Below are positions 9,978 through 20,162 of a DNA stretch of 64,000 nt, piece by piece. Position 1 is the first letter of the stretch. Each line of letters begins with the position of its first letter. The notes below the pieces were generated by a model. It was given only the letters and a program-made list of their open reading frames with translations, made no database searches and was not told the origin of the DNA. Source of the DNA: Hydrurus foetidus (taxonomy: Eukaryota); the NCBI GenBank assembly GCA_900617105.1, contig UYFQ01000023.1, positions 124,001-188,000 of the forward strand. The letters run 5' to 3'. The position numbers and the translations under genes were made by a program.

Positions 9978-10907
9978 ATGAATTTCAACCTCACCGATTT
10001 ACGCCTCTTCGTGCGCACCGCCGAAGAACGCAACCTGACCCGCGCCGCCTTCGGCCAGCACCTGTCGCTGGCCGCTGCCAGCGCCCGCATCAAGGCACTG
10101 GAAGCCCAGTCTGGCCAGCCATTGCTGTTCCGCGAAGCGCGTGGCGTGCGCCTCACACCACCGGGCGAAGCCTTTTTGCACCATGCACGTGGGGTGCTGC
10201 GCCAAGTTGACCAATTGAACCGAGATTTGCAAGATTACGGCGACGGTCTGCGGGGCCATCTGCGCATGTTTGCCAACACCACGGCTGTCACCGATTTCTT
10301 ACCCGACATCTTGCCCCCCTTCCTTACCGCCAACCCACGGGTGAACATCGACCTTCAGGAAAAACCGAACGCTGAGATAGCCAGGGGTGTGTTGGATGGC
10401 CAGGCTGACATCGGTATCGTGGCGGGTCAAGTGGACACCTTAGGCCTGCAAGCCATTCACTTCAGCACCGACAGGCTGGTGCTCGTCACCGCACAAAACC
10501 ACCCGTTCGCCAGCCGCAGCAGCATCGCCTTTGCCGATACGCTGGACGAAGATGCCGTGGGCATGAACCAGGGCAGCACACTGCAAACTTTTTTAGCGCA
10601 AGTCACCGAGAAGCTGGGCAAACCGCTGAAGCTGCGCATCCAGCTCAGCAGTTTTGACGCCATGTGCCGAATGATCGGTGCCGGTGTGGGCATTGGCATC
10701 GTGCCCGAAAGCGCAGCGGGGCGCTACCGCGAGAGCATGAACTTGGCACTGGTGCGCTTGACCGATGCGTGGAGCGTGCGTGAACGCTACATTCTGGTGA
10801 GAGAACAGGCAGCGTTGCCGGGCTATGCAAAGAGTTTGATTGAAACGCTGTGTGGGTACTACACCCCTCATGCCAACAGCAGCAGCCCCACCGCCTTGCC
10901 AATTTGA
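9978..10907 (+). CDS. LysR family transcriptional regulator
   Basis: N-terminal HTH (LRLFVRTAEERNLTRAA...SARIKALE...LLFR) and LysR substrate domain; divergent from the C5-dicarboxylate cluster. Confidence 0.93.
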   Translation: MNFNLTDLRLFVRTAEERNLTRAAFGQHLSLAAASARIKALEAQSGQPLLFREARGVRLTPPGEAFLHHARGVLRQVDQLNRDLQDYGDGLRGHLRMFANTTAVTDFLPDILPPFLTANPRVNIDLQEKPNAEIARGVLDGQADIGIVAGQVDTLGLQAIHFSTDRLVLVTAQNHPFASRSSIAFADTLDEDAVGMNQGSTLQTFLAQVTEKLGKPLKLRIQLSSFDAMCRMIGAGVGIGIVPESAAGRYRESMNLALVRLTDAWSVRERYILVREQAALPGYAKSLIETLCGYYTPHANSSSPTALPI

Positions 10908-10912
10908 ATTTC

Positions 10913-10966
10913 GCTACTGAAAAGTGAGCTGCTCATGCCTACCAGCATTGCATCAATGGCTTAATT
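10913..10966 (+). repeat. Dispersed element copy (intergenic, between convergent genes)
   Basis: GCTACTGAAAAGTGAGC TGCTCATGC CTACCAGCA TTGCAT CAATGGCTTAATT. Confidence 0.75.
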
Positions 10967-10991
10967 CTTTGCTATTCCACCTGCTGTTTTC

Positions 10992-11762
10992 TCACCGTGA
11001 ATGCTTGGCGTGCAGCTTTTGCAGCCCACCGATCCAACGGTCATAGTCTTGACCTTTGTTGCGAAAATACTGCAACACCTCGGGGTGCGGCAAGACCAAA
11101 AACGTCTCGTCTGCCATGACGCTGACCACTTCAGCCGCCACCTGCTCGGGCGTCAAAATGCCGTCGTGCCCGGCTGAACCACCGTCGCCCGTCACCATGT
11201 CGGTCTGCACGGACTGTGGGCACAAGCACGATACCCGCACGCCCTTGCGGCCATAGGCCACGCGCAACCATTCGGCAAAAGCCACAGCAGCGTGCTTGGT
11301 CACAGCGTAGGGGGCGGATTCCACGATCGTCAGCAAGCCTGCTGCCGAGGCGGTGACGAGAAAGTAGCCCTCGCCACGCGCCACCATCTCAGGCACCACG
11401 GCCCGCGCGGCCCACACATGGGCCATGCCGTGGATGTGCCACATGCTCTCCCACAGCGGGTCTTCCAACTCAAAGCCACCTACGCGCCCGAGGATGCCAG
11501 CATTGGAGATGTAAATGTCTACCTGCCCAAAACGCTCGCGGGTGGCGGCCACCAGCGCCTGGATATCGGCTTCTTGGCTCACGTCACAGCGCACTGCCAT
11601 GGCGGTGTCGCCAATCTCACGGGCTACACCCTGCGCACGTTCCAGGTTGATGTCGGCCACAACGATGCCGCGTGCGCCCTCAAGTGCAAAACGCTTGGCA
11701 ATGCCCGTGCCAATACCGCTGGCCCCGCCGGTGATGATGGCGACTTTGTTACGAATGTCCAT
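10992..11762 (-). CDS. Short-chain dehydrogenase/reductase
   Basis: TGGASGIG, SNAG and YAVTK motifs. Confidence 0.92.
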   Translation of the reverse strand: MDIRNKVAIITGGASGIGTGIAKRFALEGARGIVVADINLERAQGVAREIGDTAMAVRCDVSQEADIQALVAATRERFGQVDIYISNAGILGRVGGFELEDPLWESMWHIHGMAHVWAARAVVPEMVARGEGYFLVTASAAGLLTIVESAPYAVTKHAAVAFAEWLRVAYGRKGVRVSCLCPQSVQTDMVTGDGGSAGHDGILTPEQVAAEVVSVMADETFLVLPHPEVLQYFRNKGQDYDRWIGGLQKLHAKHSR

Positions 11763-11828
11763 TGAAAACTCCTTATGGCCGGGAGTATCGGAGTGCGGGA
11801 CGAGATGCGGTGCCCCGCAGGTGACAAA

Positions 11829-13499
11829 TCAAACAGCGGCTTTGAAAAAACGAATGGTGTTGCGCCCCGCGTCTTTAGCCTGGTACATGGCCGCATCCGC
11901 TGACTTGAGGATTTCATCCTGACTGACATCCTGGTTGCTGAATACGATCACACCGATGCTGACGGTGCAGCGGTGCTCAACCACGCTAGCCTCTTGCGCT
12001 AAGCCAACAAGTTCCGCACTGGGTGCAAGGCTCAACAGGTAAGGCATAGCGAGTGCAGTGTGGATTTTTTCTGCAATGCTCAAGGTCTCAGCCGTGGCAG
12101 TAGCCGTGTCGGTACTCAAATTGCTGAGCATCACCACAAACTCATCGCCACCAAAACGCGACACGGTATCAACCTCACGCACGCAGTTCCGAAGCCGAGA
12201 AGCCGCCTCTACCAGCAGCAAATCACCTACGGCGTGGCCATGAGCATCGTTCAGCGCTTTGAAATTATCCAGATCCAAAAACATCAGAGCCCCATGACAT
12301 GCATTGCGCCGGGTCATTGCCATGGATTGACTTAAACGGTCATTAAGCATGCGGCGGTTAGGCAATTGGGTGAGTGGGTCGTAAAACGCCAACTGGCGCA
12401 CCTGCTCTTCCCGCTGGCTCAAGGTGTCCAACAACTGGTTAAAACCGCCTATCAAATCGCCAATTTCATCCTGGCGGGTAATGCTAAATCGCTGCACCGG
12501 TTGATTCGGGTCAGAAAGGCTTGCCAGCGTGTTCACAGCAGCGAGCAAGGGTGAGAGTTTGCGCCGCAATACCCACCATGTGGCACTACCCGCCAATAAA
12601 GTTAGCAAAGCCGTTGCAAGCAACATGCGCAAATACATCGTGCGAATCGGCTCAAAGGCTTCTTCGCTGGCGAGTGTGACTGAGGCATACCAACCCGCAA
12701 CAGGCATTTGCTTGACGGATACCAACACTTCCAAGCCATGGGGATTAACGACCACCGCCGAGCCATTGAACCCCTGCACAAAGCGGTCAATCCACGGACT
12801 GATGCCTGATGCTGGCAACACCTCCATCAAACGTCTCTGATCGGAGGTGGCCACGATCGTCCGGTAGCGGGAAACCATCAAAAAATAATGGCCCGTTTGA
12901 CCGTAAGTGTGGTTGGTAATTTTCGTCAAAAAGCTTGGGATTTCCAGGTTGGTAACACCCGCGAGAGCACCAATGACTTTGCCCTGTTCATCACGCACAG
13001 GCACGGCTATGGCAAAAAACTTCTCCGCAGGGGCCGTGCTGATGACTGTTTGGCCCACCATGGGTTTGCCGTGTTCGAGCGCACTGACAAGGTAGTCGCG
13101 CGCACGGTGGTTAGCGCCTACCCGGCCGGCAGCACGCGGCATCTCAGCGATAGCCGTGCCTTCAAGGTTGTAGGCGATGACCCCCCCATTGAACAAGTCT
13201 TGCAACAGCAGGCGATCACTCAAAAAAGCCTGCAATGCCACTGGCTGGGAAAGCAACATGGGGCTTGTTTTGGAGGCAATCTTCTCCAGCGCCTGCAAGC
13301 GGTCTTCCAGAGCCTGGTTAACTTGGGCCACCATGAAAGACACGGTAGAAAACTGCTGATCCCCCAGCAAGCGCTGCATATCACCACGTAACATTCCACT
13401 GGCATACAGCGCCAATGACCACAAACCCAATAGAAAAATGCCGAGACAGTAAAGCGTAATGCGCGTTTTAAGCGACTGCCACTGCAAAAAATTCGACAC
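11829..13499 (-). CDS. Membrane diguanylate cyclase (TM-Cache-like-TM-HAMP-GGDEF)
   Basis: Two TM helices flanking a periplasmic domain, HAMP (DEIGDL), YDPLTQLPNR, REVD I-site and GGDEF. Start uncertain (GTG 13499, or upstream to 13577). Confidence 0.88.
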   Translation of the reverse strand: MSNFLQWQSLKTRITLYCLGIFLLGLWSLALYASGMLRGDMQRLLGDQQFSTVSFMVAQVNQALEDRLQALEKIASKTSPMLLSQPVALQAFLSDRLLLQDLFNGGVIAYNLEGTAIAEMPRAAGRVGANHRARDYLVSALEHGKPMVGQTVISTAPAEKFFAIAVPVRDEQGKVIGALAGVTNLEIPSFLTKITNHTYGQTGHYFLMVSRYRTIVATSDQRRLMEVLPASGISPWIDRFVQGFNGSAVVVNPHGLEVLVSVKQMPVAGWYASVTLASEEAFEPIRTMYLRMLLATALLTLLAGSATWWVLRRKLSPLLAAVNTLASLSDPNQPVQRFSITRQDEIGDLIGGFNQLLDTLSQREEQVRQLAFYDPLTQLPNRRMLNDRLSQSMAMTRRNACHGALMFLDLDNFKALNDAHGHAVGDLLLVEAASRLRNCVREVDTVSRFGGDEFVVMLSNLSTDTATATAETLSIAEKIHTALAMPYLLSLAPSAELVGLAQEASVVEHRCTVSIGVIVFSNQDVSQDEILKSADAAMYQAKDAGRNTIRFFKAAV

Positions 13500-13646
13500 T
13501 TTGTTGGTTTCCAATGGTGATGAGAAGAATACACAAAAGTAACAATGCATAACCACTCTATCACCAGCGTGCAACATTTGCTTGCACTTTCGTTTTAGCC
13601 TTAAATACCACAGTCATCTCTATCAAGGTGCAGACTGCCAACCACG

Positions 13647-15167
13647 CTACATGTTGTCCAGTAGCGCCCGTTTAAGCACCTTCCCGCTCAGCGTCATCGG
13701 CAGTGCAGCCAAACAAACCACGCTGGCAGGCCGCTTATAGGGGGCCAAATTGTCTGCCAAAAAGGCGTTCAGCGCCAGCGTGTCCAACGGTGCACCGCCC
13801 ACGGTTTCGACGAAGGCCAGCACGTCTTCGTTCCCGTCCGCTGCCAACCGCCCCAGTACCGCTGCACGCTGGATGCCGGGGAAATGGGCCAGCACAGCTT
13901 CGACTTCGCCGGGGTACACATTGAAGCCCGAGCGAATAATCATTTCTTTCAAGCGCCCCACCACAAACAACGCGCCATCAGCCGCCACATAGCCGATGTC
14001 CCCGCTGGCATACCAACCGCCGGGGCGCATCACCTGGGCGGTGGCATCCGCATCGCGGAAATAGCCCGGCATCAGGCCAGGGCCACGCATCCAGATTTCG
14101 CCGCGTTCAGGCGATGCAAGATCGTCCCCTTGGTTGTTGACGATGCGCAGCTCAGCGCCTTCCACCAGATAACCTGCGGCCGTGTCGTCGCGCTGCATAC
14201 CGCAGGGCACAAGACACAGGGCACCAGCGTATTCCGACAAGCCATAGCCGTGGTGCAGGGGCAGACCAAAGCGCATTTCCACGGCATGCTTGAGCGGCAT
14301 GTCCAGCGGTGCCGCACCGGCGTAGAGGTAGCGCAGAGCGGGTGTGACAGGAGAGGAAGGGGCCGCCATACCGTTTTCGTCCAGCCACGCCAGCAACCGG
14401 GTGAACATGGCAGGCGGGCCTTGCAAGTTGGAAACGCCCTGGTGCGCCAGCGCGTCGAACAGGTCAGCAGGGTCGAACTTGCTGCGCATCACCAGCGCAG
14501 CACCTGCGTACAGCGAGGCCATCAGCACCGTGGCGAGGCCAAAAATATGCGTCATCGGCAGGTAGGCGTAAGAGCGGTCTTGCGCACCCAAACCCCGCGA
14601 GGTGCTCGATACACGGGCGTACTGCAACAGCCCGGCATGGCTGACCAGCACCCCTTTGGGCGCGCCGGTGGTCCCCGACGTGAAGATGATGGAAGCCACT
14701 TGCGCAGCAGCCTCCCCCTGCTCCGCCACCGCGTGCGCATACACCGGGCTGCGCGACAACCCCGCCAGACCACTGGCCACAGCCCCCGCCTGGACGCTGT
14801 GCTCCGCAGCGGCACGGGACACCCCGCTGGTGAAGTACACCAACCGAGGCTCGGCCTTGGCCACAAACCCAGCCACCTCGCCGCGCGACATGCGGGCGTT
14901 CACGCCACACGACCACGCGCCCAGCTTGCTGCACGCCAGAATCAGCGCGACGTGTTCGGGGCAGTTTTCCGCAACGATCAAAACCCGGTCGCCGGGCTGC
15001 ACACCGCTGGATTGCAGCTCATCAACCAACAGGCCGATCTGGCTTTCCACATGCGCCAGCGTCAGCGTCGCCTCTGGGGTAAGTAAAAAAGGTTGATCAG
15101 GGGCAGCGGCCAAGCGTTGCTCAAACACATGGTGAATACGGGTGGCTGTTGAGGTCATGGGCTTCAT
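13647..15167 (-). CDS. Acyl-CoA synthetase (AMP-binding)
   Basis: FTSGTTGAPKG, GYGLSE, SGDIG and SGKVLK. The ATG at 15167 overlaps the upstream stop (ATGA). Confidence 0.92.
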   Translation of the reverse strand: MKPMTSTATRIHHVFEQRLAAAPDQPFLLTPEATLTLAHVESQIGLLVDELQSSGVQPGDRVLIVAENCPEHVALILACSKLGAWSCGVNARMSRGEVAGFVAKAEPRLVYFTSGVSRAAAEHSVQAGAVASGLAGLSRSPVYAHAVAEQGEAAAQVASIIFTSGTTGAPKGVLVSHAGLLQYARVSSTSRGLGAQDRSYAYLPMTHIFGLATVLMASLYAGAALVMRSKFDPADLFDALAHQGVSNLQGPPAMFTRLLAWLDENGMAAPSSPVTPALRYLYAGAAPLDMPLKHAVEMRFGLPLHHGYGLSEYAGALCLVPCGMQRDDTAAGYLVEGAELRIVNNQGDDLASPERGEIWMRGPGLMPGYFRDADATAQVMRPGGWYASGDIGYVAADGALFVVGRLKEMIIRSGFNVYPGEVEAVLAHFPGIQRAAVLGRLAADGNEDVLAFVETVGGAPLDTLALNAFLADNLAPYKRPASVVCLAALPMTLSGKVLKRALLDNM

Positions 15168-16165
15168 TGAATTTGAATGCCTTTGGTCACGCTGCTCCAC
15201 AGCGCCAAATCACGGGTGGCACGGTCACTGAGCAGTTTGGGGGAGCCTGTCCACAGGTCGTAACCCTGCTCGATCAACCGAGCCTTCAGTTCTTCACCGG
15301 CCAGCGCCTTGCGGGTGGCCTCGTTGAAGCGGGCAACGATGTCAGCAGGCAGTTTGGCCGGGCCATACAGGCCGTACCAGCCACCCACATCGTAGTCGGC
15401 GATACCCGCTTCCTTCAAGGTGGGCACGTCGGGCAAAGAAGCATTGCGCACGCTGGACGTGACCGCCAGGGGCCGCACCCGACCCGCCGTGATGTAGTTG
15501 CGGGCGCTGCCGATAATGTCGAACATCATGCTGAGCTGGCCGCCAATCACATCCGTCATCGCCGGGGCATTGCCTTTGTAGGGGATGTGGTTGAGCTGGG
15601 TGCCGGTGCGCAGCGCAAGCAACTCACCGCTCAGGTGGTTGGACGCACCCATGCCCGCCGAGCCGTAGGCCACCTTGCCCGGGTTGGCTTTGGCGTAAGC
15701 CACCAGTTCCGGCACCGTGCTGAACGGCTGGTCTTTGTTGATGACCAGCACATTGGTATAGCTGAGGATAGGTGCCACAGCGGTCAAATCCTTGGCCGGA
15801 TCAAAGGGCATGGATTTGAGAATGTGTGGGCTGATGGTGATGGTGGGGCTGGCAGCAAAGTACATCAGCATTCCGTTGGGCACGGCTTTGGCAACCGCGT
15901 CCCCACCCATCGCACCACCGGCACCAGGGCGGTTTTCAACGACCACGGGCTGACCCAGCTCTTTGGCCAGAGCAGGGGCAAACAGACGCGCCGTCGCGTC
16001 CACCGGGCCACCAGCGGCATAGCCAACGATGAGTTTGATGGCTTGGCCTGCGGTGGATGGCGTTTGGGCCATGCCTGCACCGGGCAACGCGGCCCCGCAA
16101 GACAACAGACCCACAGCCAGGGTTTGCACCCAAGCGCGACGGCGTAAAACAGGCAGACAGTACAT
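15164..16165 (-). CDS. Bug/TctC substrate-binding protein
   Basis: IKLIVGYAAGGPVD, ENRPGAGG and HIPYKG. Start at ATG 16165. Confidence 0.92.
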   Translation of the reverse strand: MYCLPVLRRRAWVQTLAVGLLSCGAALPGAGMAQTPSTAGQAIKLIVGYAAGGPVDATARLFAPALAKELGQPVVVENRPGAGGAMGGDAVAKAVPNGMLMYFAASPTITISPHILKSMPFDPAKDLTAVAPILSYTNVLVINKDQPFSTVPELVAYAKANPGKVAYGSAGMGASNHLSGELLALRTGTQLNHIPYKGNAPAMTDVIGGQLSMMFDIIGSARNYITAGRVRPLAVTSSVRNASLPDVPTLKEAGIADYDVGGWYGLYGPAKLPADIVARFNEATRKALAGEELKARLIEQGYDLWTGSPKLLSDRATRDLALWSSVTKGIQIQ

Positions 16166-16221
16166 AGAAAAACCCTTAAAAGGATGGCAGAAGCGTGAAA
16201 AATGGATGACCACGAGCAGGC

Positions 16222-17223
16222 TCACTGGCTCAGTTTGATATTCGCGTCCTTGATGATCTTGGCGTACACCGCTGCATCCGCCTTGACGATTTTTTGGAAC
16301 TCGTCCTGCTTCGCGCCGCCCACCAACAGCCCCAGACCCTCCACGCGGGCCACGACATCGGGCAGGCTCAAAATGCGGCTGACTTCGTCTGACAACTTGG
16401 TGACGATGGCGACAGGCGTGGCTGCGGGCAAGAAAAGACCGAACCAGCCGTAAGGCTCAAACGACTGGTAGCCCAGTTGCTCAAACGTAGACACATCCGG
16501 CAAAGTAGCCAGACGCTGGGTGCCCGTGACGGCCAGCACCTTGAGCGATTTCAGATGGGCACGCGCGGTGCCCATGTCGAGAAAGGCGCAGGTCAGCTGC
16601 CCACCCACCATGTTGTTCACCAGCGGCGCGGCACCGGGGAAAGGCACATGCACCATGTCCAGCCCGGCTTGCAGGTTCAAGAGCGAGCCCTGGATGTGCG
16701 ATGAGGTGCCTGCGCCGTAAGTGCCGTAGTTGTACTTGCCCGGATTGGCCTTGACCAGTGCGACGAATTCTTTCAGGCTGTTGGCCGGTGAACTGGGTGA
16801 CACCACCAACAGGCTGGGGCTTTTGGCCACCAAGGCGATGGGTGCAAAGTCTTTCAGCGGGTCGTAGGGCAAATTGGGCATCAATGGCGGCTGCTGTACC
16901 AGCGCGACGATGGTCATCAGCACGGTATAGCCATCGGCTGGGGCTTTGGCGACGAGGTTGTTGCCAATGGTGCCGCCCGCGCCGGGCTTGTTGTCCACCA
17001 CCACCGTCACACCCCAGGATTCAGCCAGCTTTTGCGCGATCATGCGGCCCAGCGTGTCAGTAGCGCCACCGGCGGGGTAAGGCACGATGAATTTGAGGGT
17101 TTGACTGGGGTATATCCCGCCAGAGGGACTTTGGGCCAGTGCGCTGCCGCAGGCCAGCACAGCGCCAGAAGCCAGCAGCGTGCGGCGGGAAAGAACCGAA
17201 AGTGTCGCTTGCGAGTTTGTCAT
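16222..17223 (-). CDS. Bug/TctC substrate-binding protein with a twin-arginine-like signal
   Basis: SRRTLL signal, YPSQTLKFIVPYPAGGATD and DNKPGAGG. Confidence 0.92.
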   Translation of the reverse strand: MTNSQATLSVLSRRTLLASGAVLACGSALAQSPSGGIYPSQTLKFIVPYPAGGATDTLGRMIAQKLAESWGVTVVVDNKPGAGGTIGNNLVAKAPADGYTVLMTIVALVQQPPLMPNLPYDPLKDFAPIALVAKSPSLLVVSPSSPANSLKEFVALVKANPGKYNYGTYGAGTSSHIQGSLLNLQAGLDMVHVPFPGAAPLVNNMVGGQLTCAFLDMGTARAHLKSLKVLAVTGTQRLATLPDVSTFEQLGYQSFEPYGWFGLFLPAATPVAIVTKLSDEVSRILSLPDVVARVEGLGLLVGGAKQDEFQKIVKADAAVYAKIIKDANIKLSQ

Positions 17224-17280
17224 CTTGTCTCCAGATTTATTGTGGAATGAACTCAGCGTAATGGCATCTACCGAATAACC

Positions 17281-18447
17281 TCAGCGCTTGGCCTCACGCA
17301 CCAGATTGCGGGCGATGACGATTTGCTGAATCTGGCTGGTGCCTTCGTACAGCCTGAACAGCCGCACATCGCGGTAAAAGCGCTCGATGCCGTAATCACT
17401 CAAATACCCGGCACCACCAAAAATTTGCACCGCTCGGTCGGCCACGCGACCGCACATTTCGGACGCAAAAAGCTTGCAGCAGGAAGCCTCGGTGGACACA
17501 TTCAGCCCCTCATCGCGCTTGCGGGCAGCGTCGATCACCATGCAGCGCGAAGCGTAGATTTCAGCCTGACTGTCGGCCAGCATGGCTTGCACCAGCTGGA
17601 ACTCAGCGATGGGCTGGCCAAACTGCTTGCGTTCCATCGCGTAGTGCAGGGCATCGCGCTGCATGCGCTCGGCCACGCCCACGCAGATGGCGGCGATGTG
17701 GATACGGCCTTTTTCCAGCACCTTCATCGCTGTTTTAAAGCCCTGCCCTTCCACACCGCCCATCAGCTGGCTGGCGGAAACGCGGCAGTTCTCGAAAATC
17801 ACGTCCGCCGTGTGCGCACCGCGCTGGCCCATCTTTTTATCGACTTTGCCAATGGTGATGCCCGGCGTGTTGGCTTCCACGATGAAGGCCGATACGCCGC
17901 TGGCGCCCTTGTCGGCCGGATTGGTACGCGCCATCAGCGTGAAAATACCCGCTTGCGGCGAGTTGGTGATGTAGCGCTTGGTGCCGTTGACGATGTAATG
18001 CTCGCCGTGCGCGTCCACGCCTTTGATGGCGGTGGTGCGCAACGAGGCAGCGTCCGACCCGGCATCGGGTTCGGTCAGTGCGAACGAGGCAATCAGCTCG
18101 CCGGTGGCCAGTTTGGGCAGGTACTTGGCCTTTTGCTCGGGCGTGCCGTCAAACACAATGCCTTGTGAACCGATACCCACCGTGGTGCCAAACAGCGAAC
18201 GGAAGCACGGCGAGGTTTGGCCCATGGCCAGCATCACCATCACCTCTTCTTCCATGGTCAACGCAAAGCCACCGAACTCTTCGGGCACGGTAAGGCCGAA
18301 CAGGCCCATCTCTTTCATCGCCGTAACAATCTCAGGTGGGATTTCATCCGTATCAGCCACCTGCGCTTCAACAGGGACGAGGCGCTCGCGCACGAAGCGA
18401 TTTACGGTGTCGAGCAACGCGCTCAGGGTTTCGGGGTCACGGATCAT
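17281..18447 (-). CDS. Acyl-CoA dehydrogenase
   Basis: FALTEPDAGSD, NGTKRYIT, RKQFGQPI and RLYEGTSQIQ (catalytic Glu position). Confidence 0.93.
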   Translation of the reverse strand: MIRDPETLSALLDTVNRFVRERLVPVEAQVADTDEIPPEIVTAMKEMGLFGLTVPEEFGGFALTMEEEVMVMLAMGQTSPCFRSLFGTTVGIGSQGIVFDGTPEQKAKYLPKLATGELIASFALTEPDAGSDAASLRTTAIKGVDAHGEHYIVNGTKRYITNSPQAGIFTLMARTNPADKGASGVSAFIVEANTPGITIGKVDKKMGQRGAHTADVIFENCRVSASQLMGGVEGQGFKTAMKVLEKGRIHIAAICVGVAERMQRDALHYAMERKQFGQPIAEFQLVQAMLADSQAEIYASRCMVIDAARKRDEGLNVSTEASCCKLFASEMCGRVADRAVQIFGGAGYLSDYGIERFYRDVRLFRLYEGTSQIQQIVIARNLVREAKR

Positions 18448-18459
18448 TATTTATCCTTT

Positions 18460-18513
18460 AAAACAAGTCATACTTCAATCAGGATATGCTGTAGTAGCTA
18501 TCATTTTTAATAA
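18460..18513 (-). repeat. Dispersed element copy (intergenic, within operon)
   Basis: Minus strand TTATTAAAAATGATAGC TACTACAGC ATATCCTGA TTGAAG TATGACTTGTTTT. Confidence 0.6.
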
Positions 18514-18522
18514 AAAAATACC

Positions 18523-19725
18523 TTACAGTGCCTCTGCTGTTCCCAAAATTGCCGTGGACTGGCTGGACAGCGTGCCGCCATTGCCGTGGGCCAGCGCCGT
18601 GTGGATGCCCGGCACCTGCCGCTCGCCACAGTCGCCGCGCAGCTGCCGCACCGCCTCGATCAACGCAAAGATGCCGTACATGCCAGGGTGGACGCACGAC
18701 AAGCCGCCGCCGTTGGTGTTGACCGGCAACCGGCCACCGGGGGCAATCGCCCCGCCCTCGACGAACGCCCCGCCCTCGCCCTTTTTGCAAAACCCCAGGT
18801 CTTCGAGGAACAGCAGCGTGTTGATAGTGAAAGCGTCATACAGCTCCACCACACCCATGTCTTTGGCCGACAGGCCCGCCATGGCATAAGCCTCGCGGCC
18901 TGACTGGCTGGCGGCGGTGATGGTCAGGTCGGGCATGGACGATATTTGCCGGTTCCATAGGGCCGTGGCATTGCCCAGCACATAGACCGGTTTTTGGGCC
19001 AAATGCTTAGCACGGTCAGCGCGTACCAGCACAAAAGCGCCGCCGCCATCAGTCACCAGACAGCAGTCACGCACGCTTAAGGGGTCGGACACCATGCGGG
19101 CTTTCAGCACATCGTCGATGCTGAGCGGGTCACGCATGAAGGCTTCAGGGTTGAGCTGTGCCCAACCGCGTGCCGCCACAGCCACTTCGGCCAGATGGCG
19201 GCGGGTGGTGCCGAACTCGTGCATGTGGCGGGCAGCGGCCAGCGCGTAGGCAGAGAGCGGCTGCATGGGCTCATACGGTGTCTCGTAGGGCTGAGGGTCC
19301 ATCGTGCGGCGGGCCTTCGCCACATCCGCGCGGCTGAAGGTGGCCGTGCGCTGCGTGCTGCCGTAGCAGACCAGTACCGCATTGCACTGACCCGATTGCA
19401 GCGCCATCATCGCGGGCAGCAGGTGGGCGATGAAGCTGGAGCCACCGACCATCGTGCCGTTGACATAGCGCGGGTTCAGCCCCAGGTACTCGACCACGGG
19501 CATGGGCCACATGGTGGACAGCACACTGGCGGTACACAGGCCGTCGATGTCGCTCATCTTCAAACCGGCATCCGCCACGGCCGCATGGGACGCGCGGGCC
19601 AGCAGCTCCATGTCGGTGAAGCCGGGTGCTTCGCCACAGCCGAAGGTGGCCGCACCCACGATGGCAGCGGAGCCACGCAAGGCTTTGAGGCCTGGGGAGG
19701 TAGATGCAGCAGATGTGGTGCTCAT
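18523..19725 (-). CDS. Thiolase-fold protein lacking the nucleophilic Cys (Ltp2/DitF-like, candidate retro-aldolase)
   Basis: DCCLVTDGG, ELYDAFT and NTNGGGLS motifs; VGGSS replaces the CxSG site; coupled to a DUF35 gene. Confidence 0.8.
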   Translation of the reverse strand: MSTTSAASTSPGLKALRGSAAIVGAATFGCGEAPGFTDMELLARASHAAVADAGLKMSDIDGLCTASVLSTMWPMPVVEYLGLNPRYVNGTMVGGSSFIAHLLPAMMALQSGQCNAVLVCYGSTQRTATFSRADVAKARRTMDPQPYETPYEPMQPLSAYALAAARHMHEFGTTRRHLAEVAVAARGWAQLNPEAFMRDPLSIDDVLKARMVSDPLSVRDCCLVTDGGGAFVLVRADRAKHLAQKPVYVLGNATALWNRQISSMPDLTITAASQSGREAYAMAGLSAKDMGVVELYDAFTINTLLFLEDLGFCKKGEGGAFVEGGAIAPGGRLPVNTNGGGLSCVHPGMYGIFALIEAVRQLRGDCGERQVPGIHTALAHGNGGTLSSQSTAILGTAEAL

Positions 19726-20162
19726 GCAGCCTCCTTTTTTGCTTCAACTGCTTCTGAATTGATAGCTGTCACCACTTGTCCAGCCTGTTGATGGAACACA
19801 ATCAACCCTTTTTCTGAAGTCATTTGTACGCTGGCAGTGACGCGCTGGCCGATGCACACAGCATCGGGCGACACGTCCACCACACGGCTCATCAGGCGCA
19901 CGCCCTCGTCCAGGTCAATGAGCGAGACGTTGTAGTCGCCACCCGCATCAGGCTTGCGGCGCACGGTGGTGGTGGAATACACCGTGCCGTGGCCGCTGGG
20001 GGCCACCCAAGCAAGATCCACTGCACCGCAGTGCGGGCAGCTTTCACGGGGAAAGTACACATGCTTGCAGCACGCGCCACAGTGCTGGATGAGGAAATTG
20101 CCTTGGTCAAGCGCGGCTTGGTGTTGGCTTTGGATGCCCGTGCTTTGAACCCCTGCGCTCAT
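19722..20162 (-). CDS. DUF35 Zn-ribbon/OB-fold protein
   Basis: CGAC...FPRESCPHC, GTVYSTT and IDLDEGVRLMS; ATGA overlaps on both sides. Confidence 0.9.
   Translation of the reverse strand: MSAGVQSTGIQSQHQAALDQGNFLIQHCGACCKHVYFPRESCPHCGAVDLAWVAPSGHGTVYSTTTVRRKPDAGGDYNVSLIDLDEGVRLMSRVVDVSPDAVCIGQRVTASVQMTSEKGLIVFHQQAGQVVTAINSEAVEAKKEAA
19750..19803 (+). repeat. Dispersed element copy (inside the DUF35 C-terminal tail)
   Basis: Core GCTTCTGAATTGATAGC then TGTCACCACTTG; the distal half is weak. Confidence 0.55.
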
